Positions 1-9,034 of a stretch of 64,000 nucleotides of DNA are shown piece after piece. The stretch's first letter is position 1. Every line of letters begins with the position of its first letter. The DNA is taken from the NCBI GenBank assembly GCA_963701285.1, contig OY969584.1:627250-691249 (forward strand), given 5' to 3'. A model generated the notes under the pieces. It was not told where the DNA came from, searched no databases, and saw only the letters and a list, made by a program, of their open reading frames with translations. The position numbers and the translations under genes were made by a program. The stretch comes from an uncultured Chloroflexia bacterium (GTDB lineage Bacteria; Chloroflexota; Dehalococcoidia; SM23-28-2).

Positions 1-495
1 CGTCCGTGGCATCGCATCGAGCCACCACGCCTGGTCAAGTCCTTCGAGAGACGCCAGGGCCTCGTCCGCGGAGAGGCCTGTGCGTATGAAGATCCAGAGT
101 TGGCGATCATCTTGTGCTTCAACGTCGGCCACCACCTCAAGGATCAACTCCGGGTTGGGCCCAAAAAACCTCTGGGCCACGACGTAGGCGTCCTCGAGGA
201 CATCAGCCAGAAACCCGTGTTCGCGGATAAAGCCGGCCACAGCTTCCGGGATGCGGAACACGAAAAGCCGCGCCAGGCGATCGATCTCAGCTTGCAGCGA
301 ACGGACGATGGAGCTTCCGGGCGACCTCCGCCACAGAATGAGGGCATCTGGCTGGGACTCCGCGAGGTCAAGTGGAGGTTCCCAAGATTCTAGAGTTGGC
401 GCAGGTCGCACGGCCCATTGTGCTTGGTCCGGCACGGTGAATACGCGCCTTGCCACGCCTGCTTCCTGCTCGCGGTCGAGAACCAGACAGCCCAT
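1..495 (-). CDS. hypothetical protein, partial (3' end lies beyond window start); not in ORF track
   Basis: Hand translation of the minus strand gives an open frame from ATG at 495..493 (directly abutting the TGA of the upstream gene at 498..496) to position 1: MGCLVLDREQEAGVARRVFTVPDQAQWAVRPAPTLESWEPPLDLAESQPDALILWRR...EIDRLARLFVFRIPEAVAGFIREHGFLADVLEDAYVVAQRFFGPNPELILEVVADVEAQDDRQLWIFIRTGLSADEALASLEGLDQAWWLDAMPRT. No family recognised. Confidence 0.4.
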   Translation of the reverse strand, partial: MGCLVLDREQEAGVARRVFTVPDQAQWAVRPAPTLESWEPPLDLAESQPDALILWRRSPGSSIVRSLQAEIDRLARLFVFRIPEAVAGFIREHGFLADVLEDAYVVAQRFFGPNPELILEVVADVEAQDDRQLWIFIRTGLSADEALASLEGLDQAWWLDAMPRT

Positions 496-1317
496 TCAGT
501 CCCTCACCTCTTCAAACAGCTCCCTCAGCTTGTCAGAGATGCATCCTTCAAAAACAGCTTCGACACGGTTGTGAGCAGCGTCCACCCATTCGAGAGCGGC
601 ATTCAGCTCTATGGCGCCCGGCTGCGCGAGAAAGTAGTCCAAGTCGAGAGCAATGGCCATCACATCCGGTCTCGGAGGCTGGGCATTGGCCATCTGGAGC
701 CTTAGTCCATCCCTCAAGTCCTCGAAAGCGAACTCGACCCCGACCACGAATGCGCCGTGATCTTGCGGCAGGTCTGGTCCGAGAAATGGATAGAACGAGA
801 AATAGGATTCGAGGTCAACCTTTGGACCAGAGAGTTCTATGCTGTTGATGTATCTGAGGCCGATTCGCCGGATACCAGACGGCTGGGCCACGTCGCAATA
901 TGCTTCGTATCCTTGGTGGATGATGGGGAGAAAACCATGCCACGTTGGGTAGGGCCTCAGGTGGTTTACCGCAACGAGATTTGGGCCGACCTGGATCAGC
1001 GCTGTCTCGTCTTCGCGCAAGAATTGGACGCGGTCCGATCTGATTCGGACATCCTGATCCAGTCTATGCTGCCCCGTGCGGAGTTCCACCTCCACACTCT
1101 GAGCCTGCTTCCTCTTCGGAAACACGGGCCGGACCTTTTCGTAGACCAAGCCCGGAATCGCCAAATCCCAGGCGTTACTAGGCGTGAACTGGAACTCGCA
1201 GAACGCCTCGATGATGGGTGACTTCTCGTACCTTCTGCCCACGTTTATGTCCCAGAGCCGGTCGCACACCGCGCCTGCTAGGTGGCGTTCATCCGCTTCG
1301 CCAACTGCTTTTGCCAC
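496..1317 (-). CDS. conserved hypothetical protein, resembles TIGR04255 family
   Basis: 273-aa ORF. The N-terminal YEKSPIIEAFCEFQF motif and overall pattern resemble the TIGR04255 uncharacterised family (recognition by eye only). GC is lower than the rest of the window. Confidence 0.5.
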   Translation of the reverse strand: MAKAVGEADERHLAGAVCDRLWDINVGRRYEKSPIIEAFCEFQFTPSNAWDLAIPGLVYEKVRPVFPKRKQAQSVEVELRTGQHRLDQDVRIRSDRVQFLREDETALIQVGPNLVAVNHLRPYPTWHGFLPIIHQGYEAYCDVAQPSGIRRIGLRYINSIELSGPKVDLESYFSFYPFLGPDLPQDHGAFVVGVEFAFEDLRDGLRLQMANAQPPRPDVMAIALDLDYFLAQPGAIELNAALEWVDAAHNRVEAVFEGCISDKLRELFEEVRD

Positions 1318-1535
1318 GCAAGTCAGGCGACTTCATACTACTCTTAGCCGCGAGGCAAGGCAATGCACTGTGGTGTTCAGTAGATTGCTGACACAAGGCC
1401 CGCGTGCCCTCTGTCGCAGTGACCTGAACCACCGCTCATTTGGCGGATGAACATTGGCTGCTTGCTGGCCGCGCCGTGTGGCCGAGGCAAAATCTACCGC
1501 CCCTTGCGCAGGTGGTAGATTTCCAGATATAAGTC

Positions 1536-1610
1536 TGGAGCCAGCGGGGAGATTCGAACTCCCGACCCGCGGTTTACGAAACCGCTGCTCTACCACTGAG
1601 CCACGCTGGC
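1536..1610 (-). tRNA. tRNA-Thr (anticodon CGU), CCA encoded
   Basis: The reverse complement reads GCCAGCGTGGCTCAGTGGTAGAGCAGCGGTTTCGTAAACCGCGGGTCGGGAGTTCGAATCTCCCCGCTGGCTCCA. It has a 7-bp acceptor stem GCCAGCG/CGCTGGC, a GGTTCGAATC T-loop, and anticodon loop TTCGTAA. Confidence 0.9.
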
Positions 1611-1725
1611 CCCGACGCCCCCATCTTACCATCACCCGCCAAGCCAGATAACCCCAAACCTGCGGCTGCCCCCGGGTCGCGTTGGGCCAATGGTATAATC
1701 CTTGCCTGGCGCTGCCTAGCGAAGG

Positions 1726-2880
1726 GTGCATCGAGTGGCTGAGCAAGAAGGTAAGCCCCCGGATCCCGAGAAGGTCCGCCTCCTCCAGGCCAACCTGGAC
1801 GACGAGATCGACGGCATCGCCATCTATCGCCTGCTGGCCCAGGCGGAACGCGATTCGAAGCGGCGGTCCATCTTCGAGCAGCTCGCCCAGGTGGAGGAGC
1901 GCCACGCCGATGTCTGGCGCGAGAAGCTCCGCCAGGCCGGCGTCGAGCCAAAAGAGCACGGCCCCAGCCTGCGGGTGCGTCTCCTCGGCTTCCTGGCCCG
2001 GCGCTTCGGCGTCCGGTCCGTCCTCTCCATCGTCCGCGGGATGGAGGCCGGGGCCTACGGCGCCTACATGGCCCAGGGCGAGGCCGGCCAGGCCCTGGCG
2101 CCCGACGAGCGCGAGCACGGCCGCACCCTGGCCCGCCTCCAGCGGCGCGACGTCGAGCCAGCCACGGCCATCGCCACTCGGGAGACCTGGCACCGAAGGG
2201 GCGGCGGTGGCACGCTGCGGGCCAGCGTCTTTGGCCTCAGCGACGGCCTCCTCTCCAATACCTCGCTGATCATGGGTTTCGCTGGCGCCCACACACAGGG
2301 GAAGTTCGTCCTCCTCGCCGGCGTCGCTGGACTCTTGGCCGGCGCCTCTTCCATGGCTGTCGGCGAGTACGTTTCGATGCGCGCCCAGCGGGAGCTGTTC
2401 GAGCGTCAGATCGAGCTAGAAAAGGGCGAGCTCGAGGCAGCGCCCGCGGAGGAGGAGCAAGAGCTGGCGCTCATCTACCAGGCGAAGGGCCTGCCCAAGG
2501 AAGAGGCCGAGGCCATGGCCGCCCGCCTCATGGAGAACCCCGAGGTGGCGTTAGACACGCTCGTCCGCGAGGAGCTGGGCCTCGACCCGTCGGAGCTGGG
2601 CTCGCCGTGGGGCGCCTCCGTCGGCTCGTTCCTGACGTTCGCCATCGGAGCGCTCGTGCCGGTCATTCCGTTCTTCTTCGGCGCCAGCGCCAGCGTGCCC
2701 TTCATCGTTGCCAGCGCCGGCCTCAGCGCCGTCGCCTTCTTCGGCGTCGGCGCCTCGCTATCGTTGTTCACGGGGCGCAGCGCCTGGGTCAGCGGCGGGC
2801 GGCAGTTGGCGCTGGGCGCGGTCGCCGCCACGCTAACCTTCATCATCGGGCGCATCGTCGGCGTCTCCACCGGCGTCTGA
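1726..2880 (+). CDS. VIT1/CCC1-family iron/manganese transporter with N-terminal ferritin-like domain
   Basis: 384-aa ORF. The N-terminus is ferritin/rubrerythrin-like (LDDEIDGIAIYRLLA...VEERHADVW). The C-terminal half has VIT1-type TM helices (GLSDGLLSNTSLIMG...GEYVSM...). Confidence 0.8.
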   Translation: MHRVAEQEGKPPDPEKVRLLQANLDDEIDGIAIYRLLAQAERDSKRRSIFEQLAQVEERHADVWREKLRQAGVEPKEHGPSLRVRLLGFLARRFGVRSVLSIVRGMEAGAYGAYMAQGEAGQALAPDEREHGRTLARLQRRDVEPATAIATRETWHRRGGGGTLRASVFGLSDGLLSNTSLIMGFAGAHTQGKFVLLAGVAGLLAGASSMAVGEYVSMRAQRELFERQIELEKGELEAAPAEEEQELALIYQAKGLPKEEAEAMAARLMENPEVALDTLVREELGLDPSELGSPWGASVGSFLTFAIGALVPVIPFFFGASASVPFIVASAGLSAVAFFGVGASLSLFTGRSAWVSGGRQLALGAVAATLTFIIGRIVGVSTGV

Positions 2881-2972
2881 CGGCCGCGCGCCGCGAGGTC
2901 GGCTCCTTAACCCAGCGCAGCCCCCTATGCTATATTGATTGTAGCTGCCTTTGGAGGACAAGGAGTTTACCC

Positions 2973-3914
2973 GTGTATCAGGAGCTGCGGATTTTCAGCG
3001 GCAATGCCCATCCTGATCTCGCCCAGGCCATATCCGACTACCTCGAGACTCCCCTGGGCCGCTGCGAGGTCTTCCAGTTCAGCAACGAGAACATCTTCGT
3101 CCGCTTCTGCGAGAACATCCGCGCCCGCGACGTGTTCCTGGTGCAGCCCATCGTATCGCCGGTCAACGAGCGGTGGATGGAGCTGTTCATCATGATCGAC
3201 GCCGCCAAGCGCGCCTCGGCCGGGCGCATCACCGCCGTCGTCCCCTACTACGCCTACGGCCGCAGCGACAAGAAGGACCAGCCGCGCGTGCCCATCACCG
3301 CTCGCCTCATGGCCAACTTCACCGAGACCGCCGGCGCCGACCGCCTCCTGACGGTGGACCTCCACGCCGGCCAGATCCAGGGCTTCTTCAACATCCCCGT
3401 GGATGAGCTTACCGCTCTCTACATCATGACCCGCTACTTCAAGGAGAAGCGCATCCCCAACCTCACCATCGTGGCCACGGACGTCGGCGACGCCAAGCGG
3501 GCGCGCAACATGGCCGGCCGCCTGGACGTGCCCCTGGCCATCGTCGAGAAGCGGCGCATTGGCAACGAACAGCGCACCGAGGCCGTCAATATCATCGGTG
3601 ACGTTGAAGGGATGAACACGCTCATCGTCGACGATGAGGTCGATACCGGCAGCACCCTGGTCAGCACCGTCGACATGCTCAGCCAGCACGGGGCCGTCGA
3701 TGTCTACGCCTGCTGCACCCACGCCGTGCTCTCGGGGCAGGCCGTGCAGCACATCGAGGATTCGCCCATCAAAGAGCTGGTGGTGACGGATACCATCCCC
3801 CTGCCGCCGGCCAAGCGTTTGCCCAAGATCACGGTCCTCAGCCTGGCGCCGCTTCTTGGCGAGGCCATCCACCGCATCCACACCGGCCACTCGGTGGGGG
3901 AGCTGTTCCAGTAG
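2973..3914 (+). CDS. prs: ribose-phosphate pyrophosphokinase
   Basis: GTG at 2973 is preceded by GGAGGACAAGGAG. Translation: VYQELRIFSGNAHPDLA...VVPYYAYGRSDKKD...LIVDDEVDTGSTL. The track ORF from 2607 is an artefactual 5' extension that overlaps the previous gene. Confidence 0.92.
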   Translation: MYQELRIFSGNAHPDLAQAISDYLETPLGRCEVFQFSNENIFVRFCENIRARDVFLVQPIVSPVNERWMELFIMIDAAKRASAGRITAVVPYYAYGRSDKKDQPRVPITARLMANFTETAGADRLLTVDLHAGQIQGFFNIPVDELTALYIMTRYFKEKRIPNLTIVATDVGDAKRARNMAGRLDVPLAIVEKRRIGNEQRTEAVNIIGDVEGMNTLIVDDEVDTGSTLVSTVDMLSQHGAVDVYACCTHAVLSGQAVQHIEDSPIKELVVTDTIPLPPAKRLPKITVLSLAPLLGEAIHRIHTGHSVGELFQ

Positions 3915-3922
3915 GGATCGCC

Positions 3923-6679
3923 ATGCTCAAGTGGATCACCGGCATCATCGGCGACACCAGCGAGGCCAAGCTCAAGAAGCTCGAGCCGCTGGTGAGGGCC
4001 ATCAACGCGGAGGAGAGCGAGGTTGAGCCCCTCACCGACGCCGAGCTGCGCGCCCTCACCGACCAGTTCCGCCAGCGCCTCGCTGATGGCGAGGAGGTGG
4101 ACGATGTCCTGCCCGGGGCCTTCGCCGTGGTGCGGGAGATGGCCAATCGCCGCCTGGGGGAGCGTCACTACGACGTTCAGCTCCTGGGCGGCATCGTCCT
4201 TCACCAGGGCAAGATCTCCGAGATGAAGACCGGTGAGGGCAAAACGCTGGTGGCCACCCTCCCCCTGTACCTGAACGCCCTTGCTGGCCTGGGCGCCCAC
4301 CTTGTGACGGTCAACGACTACCTGGCCAAGCGCGACACCCAGTGGATGGGCCCCATCTTTCACGCCCTCGGTCTATCGGTGGCCTGCCTCCAGCACGACG
4401 CCGCCTACCTGTACGACCTTTCCTTCAATAGCGATAACCCCAGCCTCCGCCACCTGCGCCCCGTGCCCCGCCGCGAGGCCTATCTGGCCGACATCACTTA
4501 CGGTACGAACAACGAGTTCGGCTTCGACTATCTGCGCGACAACATGGTCGTGGACCTCTCCCAGGTGGTTCAGCGCGAGCAGCACCCTCACCACTACGCC
4601 ATCGTGGACGAGGTGGACAACATCCTCATCGACGAGGCCCGCACCCCCCTCATCATCAGCGGCCCTGCCGAGGAGACGGAAGAGGTCTACAAGATGTTCG
4701 CCCGCTTGGTCCCCCGCCTCCAGCTCGAGGTCGACTACACCATCGACCACCGGACCCGCTCCGCCTCCCTGACCGAGGAAGGCGTCGGCAAGCTGGAAAA
4801 GTGGCTCAACATCAAGAACATCTACGACCCCCAGAACTATCGACTCACCCGCTTCCTGGAGGCCGGCCTCAAGGCCAGCGCCCTCTACCAGCGCGACCGC
4901 GACTACGTGGTCAAGGACGGCGAGGTCATCATCGTCGATGAGTTCACCGGCCGCCTGATGTTCGGGCGCCGATGGTCCGATGGCCTCCATCAGGCGGTGG
5001 AGGCCAAGGAAGGGGTTCGCGTCCAGCGGGAGAGCATCACCTACGCCACCATTACCCTCCAGAACTACTTCCGCCTCTACGAGAAGCTGGGCGGCATGAC
5101 CGGTACCGCCTACACCGAGCGGGAGGAGTTCCACACCATCTACGCCCTCGACGTGGTGGTCGTCCCCACGCACCAGCCCATGATCCGCGCCGATCAGCCG
5201 GACTTCATCTACCGCCGGCCAGAGGGCAAGTTTCGGGCGGTGGTGCGCGAGATCGAGGAGATGCACGCCCAGGGCCGGCCGGTGCTGGTCGGCACTATCT
5301 CCATCGAGATCTCCGAGTACCTGGCCGATCTCCTCAAGCGCACCAGCAAGTGCCGCTTGCCCGACTGCGCTCAGTACCACCACGAATGCTCGCTGAAGGT
5401 GCCGCAGGTGCTGAACGCCAAGCAGCACGAGCGAGAGGGCCAGATCATCGCCCAGGCCGGGCGCTTCGGCGGCGTCACCATCGCCACCAACATGGCCGGC
5501 CGCGGCACCGACATCATCCTGGGCGGAAACCCCAGCCACATCGCCGATGCCCTCTTCCGCAAGCAGGACATCGACCCCGACACGGCCCCCGTCGAGGAGC
5601 TGGACCGCATCCGCAAGGAAGCCCGCCGCCTCTGGCAGGCCGACCACGACCGTGTGGTGCAGGTCGGCGGCCTGCATATCCTCGGCACTGAGCGCCACGA
5701 GGCGCGGCGCATCGATAACCAGCTCCGCGGCCGCTCGGGCCGCCAGGGCGACCCCGGCAGCTCTCGCTTCTTCGTCTCCTTCGGCGACGACGTGATGCGC
5801 CGCTTCGCCCCCGAGTGGGTGGGCAACATGATGGGCGCTCTCGGCATGGACGAGGACATGCCCCTCGAGAGCCGCATGGCCAGCCGCGCCATCGAGTCCG
5901 CCCAGACCAAGGTGGAGGGCCACAACTTCGACATCCGCAAGCACGTCGTCGAGTACGACGACGTGATGAACAAGCACCGCGACCTCATCTACACCGAGCG
6001 GCGCAAGCTCCTGGAGGGGGCCGACCTTAAGGCCAACATCTGGGACATGGTGGAGCAGGACGTTACCGACCTGGTGCAGAACTGCGTGCCAGACGGCCAG
6101 CAGGAGGAGCGCGACCTCAAGGGCCTCCTGACCGAGGTCAAGGCCATCGTTCCCTTGCCGCCCCACTTCACCGAGGCTCATTTCAGCGCTCTCGCCGGCG
6201 ACGAGATCCTCCAGGAGCTTCTGGCCCATGCCCAGGCGCAATACGAGGCCAAGGAGCAGGAGCTGGGCGCCGACAAGATGCGCATGCTGGAGCGCCTGGT
6301 CATGGTGGGCACCATCGACCGGCTGTGGGTGGAGCACCTCACCGCCCTCGAGGACATGCGTCAGGGCGTCGGGCTGGCCGGGTACGGTGGTCAGGACCCG
6401 CTGGTGGCCTTCAAGCGGGAGGCCCACGACATGTGGGAGCAGCTCAGCGACCACATTCGCCAGCAGATCTCCCACCGCATCTACCACGTAACCCTCGTGC
6501 CGCAGGCGGTGGCTACGCCACGGCCGGCGGCCCCGGCCGGTCGGGGCGAGCGGGCCCGCCGGCGGCGCGGCCCTGCCGGCGAGGAGCCACCCGCGGCCCC
6601 GCGCAAGGTGGGCCGCAACGACCCCTGCCCCTGTGGCAGCGGCCGCAAGTACAAGAAGTGCTGCGGCCGCGCAGCCTGA
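3923..6679 (+). CDS. secA: preprotein translocase ATPase SecA
   Basis: 918 aa. Motifs: MKTGEGKTLVATLP, DEVDNILIDEARTPLIISG, TNMAGRGTDI, and C-terminal zinc finger CPCGSGRKYKKCCG. Confidence 0.97.
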   Translation: MLKWITGIIGDTSEAKLKKLEPLVRAINAEESEVEPLTDAELRALTDQFRQRLADGEEVDDVLPGAFAVVREMANRRLGERHYDVQLLGGIVLHQGKISEMKTGEGKTLVATLPLYLNALAGLGAHLVTVNDYLAKRDTQWMGPIFHALGLSVACLQHDAAYLYDLSFNSDNPSLRHLRPVPRREAYLADITYGTNNEFGFDYLRDNMVVDLSQVVQREQHPHHYAIVDEVDNILIDEARTPLIISGPAEETEEVYKMFARLVPRLQLEVDYTIDHRTRSASLTEEGVGKLEKWLNIKNIYDPQNYRLTRFLEAGLKASALYQRDRDYVVKDGEVIIVDEFTGRLMFGRRWSDGLHQAVEAKEGVRVQRESITYATITLQNYFRLYEKLGGMTGTAYTEREEFHTIYALDVVVVPTHQPMIRADQPDFIYRRPEGKFRAVVREIEEMHAQGRPVLVGTISIEISEYLADLLKRTSKCRLPDCAQYHHECSLKVPQVLNAKQHEREGQIIAQAGRFGGVTIATNMAGRGTDIILGGNPSHIADALFRKQDIDPDTAPVEELDRIRKEARRLWQADHDRVVQVGGLHILGTERHEARRIDNQLRGRSGRQGDPGSSRFFVSFGDDVMRRFAPEWVGNMMGALGMDEDMPLESRMASRAIESAQTKVEGHNFDIRKHVVEYDDVMNKHRDLIYTERRKLLEGADLKANIWDMVEQDVTDLVQNCVPDGQQEERDLKGLLTEVKAIVPLPPHFTEAHFSALAGDEILQELLAHAQAQYEAKEQELGADKMRMLERLVMVGTIDRLWVEHLTALEDMRQGVGLAGYGGQDPLVAFKREAHDMWEQLSDHIRQQISHRIYHVTLVPQAVATPRPAAPAGRGERARRRRGPAGEEPPAAPRKVGRNDPCPCGSGRKYKKCCGRAA

Positions 6680-6765
6680 GCCATGGCCGCCAACGACTTC
6701 GCCGGTAAGCTAGCCTTCCGTTGGGCCGAATACGGCATTCGCTTCGTGGAACTGCGGGAGCAGCC

Positions 6766-7494
6766 ATGAGAGAAGCCACCGTCAGTGATCAGGCCTCCGT
6801 CGCCGAGGTGCTGGCCGAGCTTCGCCAGGCGGTGATGGAAGGTCGGCCGTGGTTCATCGCTCTATTGCAGGCCATCGCCCAGTGGCCGCTGCCCGAGGAG
6901 ACGGTGGGCGACCGGCACTACCGCTACCTGGTGGGCGGCGAGGCCTTCGACTGGCTCCTTCTGGCCGAGCGGCTATGCGAGGCGCTGGACGACCTCGTGC
7001 CGCCCAACGAGCAGGAGGCTCTTCTCTTCTTCGGCCGCCTGCCCCTGGACATCACCGACGAGGAGTTCCGCCGCCTTATTGGCTACGCCAAGTACCGCGC
7101 CCACTTGAACTACATGTACGGCGTCACCCTGGAGGAGGTGCTCCAGCTGGTGGCGGAAGAAGACCTGCGCAAGGCCCAGCTCTCGCGCGTCTGGGAGAGC
7201 AGATCGTCGCCGGAGGGCGAGGCCTTCCAGCACATCTACGGCCGCAGCCAACAGGAACTTCTGAGCGGGTTTCGCCAGGAGCGGCACCTACCCGAAGGCG
7301 AAGACCTCCTCCTGGCTGACGCTCGAGAGTTTGCCTACTGGCTCTTCAAACGCCGCCTGCGCACCTGTGACCCGGCACGCGTAGCCAGCGACACTCGTCG
7401 CGCCCTGGCCATGCTCCGCCGTCTGGAGCCCTGCCGCACCCGCGCGGCGGGTGCGATCCTTCAGGAGCCACCCAGCGTCATCGAGGTGCCCTGA
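6766..7494 (+). CDS. hypothetical protein
   Basis: ORF with high GC3. ATG at 6766 is preferred over the TTG at 6721. No family recognised. Confidence 0.5.
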   Translation: MREATVSDQASVAEVLAELRQAVMEGRPWFIALLQAIAQWPLPEETVGDRHYRYLVGGEAFDWLLLAERLCEALDDLVPPNEQEALLFFGRLPLDITDEEFRRLIGYAKYRAHLNYMYGVTLEEVLQLVAEEDLRKAQLSRVWESRSSPEGEAFQHIYGRSQQELLSGFRQERHLPEGEDLLLADAREFAYWLFKRRLRTCDPARVASDTRRALAMLRRLEPCRTRAAGAILQEPPSVIEVP

Positions 7495-7509
7495 GCGGAC
7501 GCCGTCCCA

Positions 7510-8976
7510 TTACTGCGCGAAGGACACCAGTCCTCCTTCGTAGTCCCACACTCCTAGACCGTTAACGATCTTGGCTCGCAGGAATCGCATCGTTTCCACG
7601 GCCATGTGGTCGTCGGGCGTGACGGTGATGGTGACACCGGGCAGGCCCAAATCGCCCTGGAAGTCGCGCAGGGACTCCACGGCGTCCATCACGCCCCGGC
7701 GGGTCAGGTTGTTGCAGGCGCGGTTCAGCGACTCCACCATGAGTGTGGCTGCCACCTGGCCCTCGATGGAGAAGCCTCCGGGAGGGGTACCATCTCCGTA
7801 CTTTTTCATGATCTCGATGTGCTTGGCTACGGCCGGGTCGTCCGTCCACTGGATGAGCTTGTTGCCGTTCATGCTGAGGGTGCCCTCCATGTCCTGGGGC
7901 GAGGCGAACGAGAACATCATCGGGTCCGTGTCGACGTAGTCGATGAGCCACTGGGGCCTCCAGTTCATTGCGTTGGCGCCCTTGATGGCCTGGGCGGCGG
8001 GCGGGGGGATGCAGCCGCAGACCATGACCTCGGCTCCCGCATTCTTTGCGTTGGCTACCTGGGAGCGGACGGATATGTCGGTAGACTCGTAGCTTTGCGG
8101 GGAGACCAGCTCGTTCTTGGTGGGGTCGAGGCCGTTCTGGAGGCCTTCCAGTACGTTGTGACCGAAGTCATCGTTCTGGTAGAGGATGCCCACCTTCTGG
8201 CCGGGGAAGTTCTCGGAGATGTACCTGCCCATCAGGGTGCCCTCAACCACGTAGTCGGGCAGGGCGGGCACCGTCCAGGGGTGGCCTTTGGGGTCGGCGT
8301 TGAATTTGTGTTCCCCGGCCATCACCCACAGGTCGGGAATGCCCTTCTCGTTCAAGTACTCCCACACGGCCGAGTGGGCAGCAGAGCCCAAGCCACCAAC
8401 GATGGCGAAGACGTGATCCTGCTCTACCAGCTTCTTGATGACCGACACGGCCAGGGTGGGGTCGTACTGGTCGTCCTCGGCCCTGAAGTCGATCTGGCGG
8501 CCGCAGACGCCACCTTGCTCGGCATTCACGTAGTTGAAGTACGCCACCAAGCCCTCGCGCACGGGGGCGTAGGCGGCGCCCCACGTCCCACTCTTGGGCA
8601 TGTGGGAGCCCAGAATGATCTTCCCCGGGGGCAGGCCGATGTCTGGGTTATCAAAGGTCTCGGGCGCCGGCGTGGCAGTGGCGGCCACCCCCGTGGCAGT
8701 GGGGGCTACCACCGTGGATTGCGACGTGGCGCTGGCCGTCGGCGTGGTCTGGGCCGTGGCGCTGGCCGTCGCCGCGGCCGTGGCCTTGGGCGTGCCGGCG
8801 GCGGTCGCCGTGGCCTTGGGCGTGCCGGCGGCGGTCGCCGTGGCCTTGGGTGTGCCGGTGGCCGGCGTGCCTGTGCCCCCTGTTTCTTCGTCCCCGCCGC
8901 CGCAGGCTGCCATCACCAGCGCTAACAGCGTCACGGTTCCCACCAAGAGTAGCCCTGCCCTACTGAATCTAAGCAT
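7510..8976 (-). CDS. ABC transporter substrate-binding lipoprotein, branched-chain amino acid (LivK/LivJ-like) family
   Basis: 488 aa. Lipobox LVMAAC, a long T/A/P linker with TPKATATAAG repeats, then a periplasmic-binding type I fold (ILGSHMPKSGTWGAAYAP...). Adjacent to livHMGF. Confidence 0.85.
   Translation of the reverse strand: MLRFSRAGLLLVGTVTLLALVMAACGGGDEETGGTGTPATGTPKATATAAGTPKATATAAGTPKATAAATASATAQTTPTASATSQSTVVAPTATGVAATATPAPETFDNPDIGLPPGKIILGSHMPKSGTWGAAYAPVREGLVAYFNYVNAEQGGVCGRQIDFRAEDDQYDPTLAVSVIKKLVEQDHVFAIVGGLGSAAHSAVWEYLNEKGIPDLWVMAGEHKFNADPKGHPWTVPALPDYVVEGTLMGRYISENFPGQKVGILYQNDDFGHNVLEGLQNGLDPTKNELVSPQSYESTDISVRSQVANAKNAGAEVMVCGCIPPPAAQAIKGANAMNWRPQWLIDYVDTDPMMFSFASPQDMEGTLSMNGNKLIQWTDDPAVAKHIEIMKKYGDGTPPGGFSIEGQVAATLMVESLNRACNNLTRRGVMDAVESLRDFQGDLGLPGVTITVTPDDHMAVETMRFLRAKIVNGLGVWDYEGGLVSFAQ
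8781..8860 (-). repeat. in-frame 30-nt tandem repeat (about 2.7 copies) encoding the TPKATATAAG linker
   Basis: 8781..8810 and 8811..8840 are identical (tggccttgggcgtgccggcggcggtcgccg). 8841..8860 is a diverged partial copy. Confidence 0.9.
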
Positions 8977-9034
8977 GGCTCGTCGGCCTCCTTCCTTTAC
9001 TTTCCGCTACCTTCCGCTCCGCCCTATCGCACTG

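Noticed and set aside
100-393. Plus-strand 97-aa ORF and minus-strand 75-aa ORF at the left edge.
   Set aside because: A longer minus-strand frame (1..495), starting directly after the upstream gene's stop, has better coding character. The listed ORFs are shadow frames.
2607-2972. 5' extensions of track ORFs: prs from 2607, nuoH from 19895, nuoC from 18083, livM to 11641, livF to 13311, ilvN to 60820, ilvB to 62313, methyltransferase to 56236.
   Set aside because: The extensions overlap the preceding gene and lack family similarity. Internal starts with an SD sequence or stop/start overlaps (ATGA, GTGA, TGATG) fit the conserved N-termini.
4373-6487. Very long antisense or alternative-frame ORFs. 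Examples: 704 aa antisense to secA; 7606..8925; 26160..27800; 52295..53965; 56127..58241; 58854..60461; 39704..40837; 40797..41972.
   Set aside because: They overlap genes with clear family signatures on the other strand or frame. Their translations are low-complexity and R/A/G/P-rich. This is typical of stop-poor shadow frames in about 70% GC DNA.
8771-8860. Tandem 30-nt repeats as a possible CRISPR or VNTR locus.
   Set aside because: The repeats are contiguous with no spacers, in frame, and encode the T/A/P-rich linker of a lipoprotein. This is a coding low-complexity repeat.
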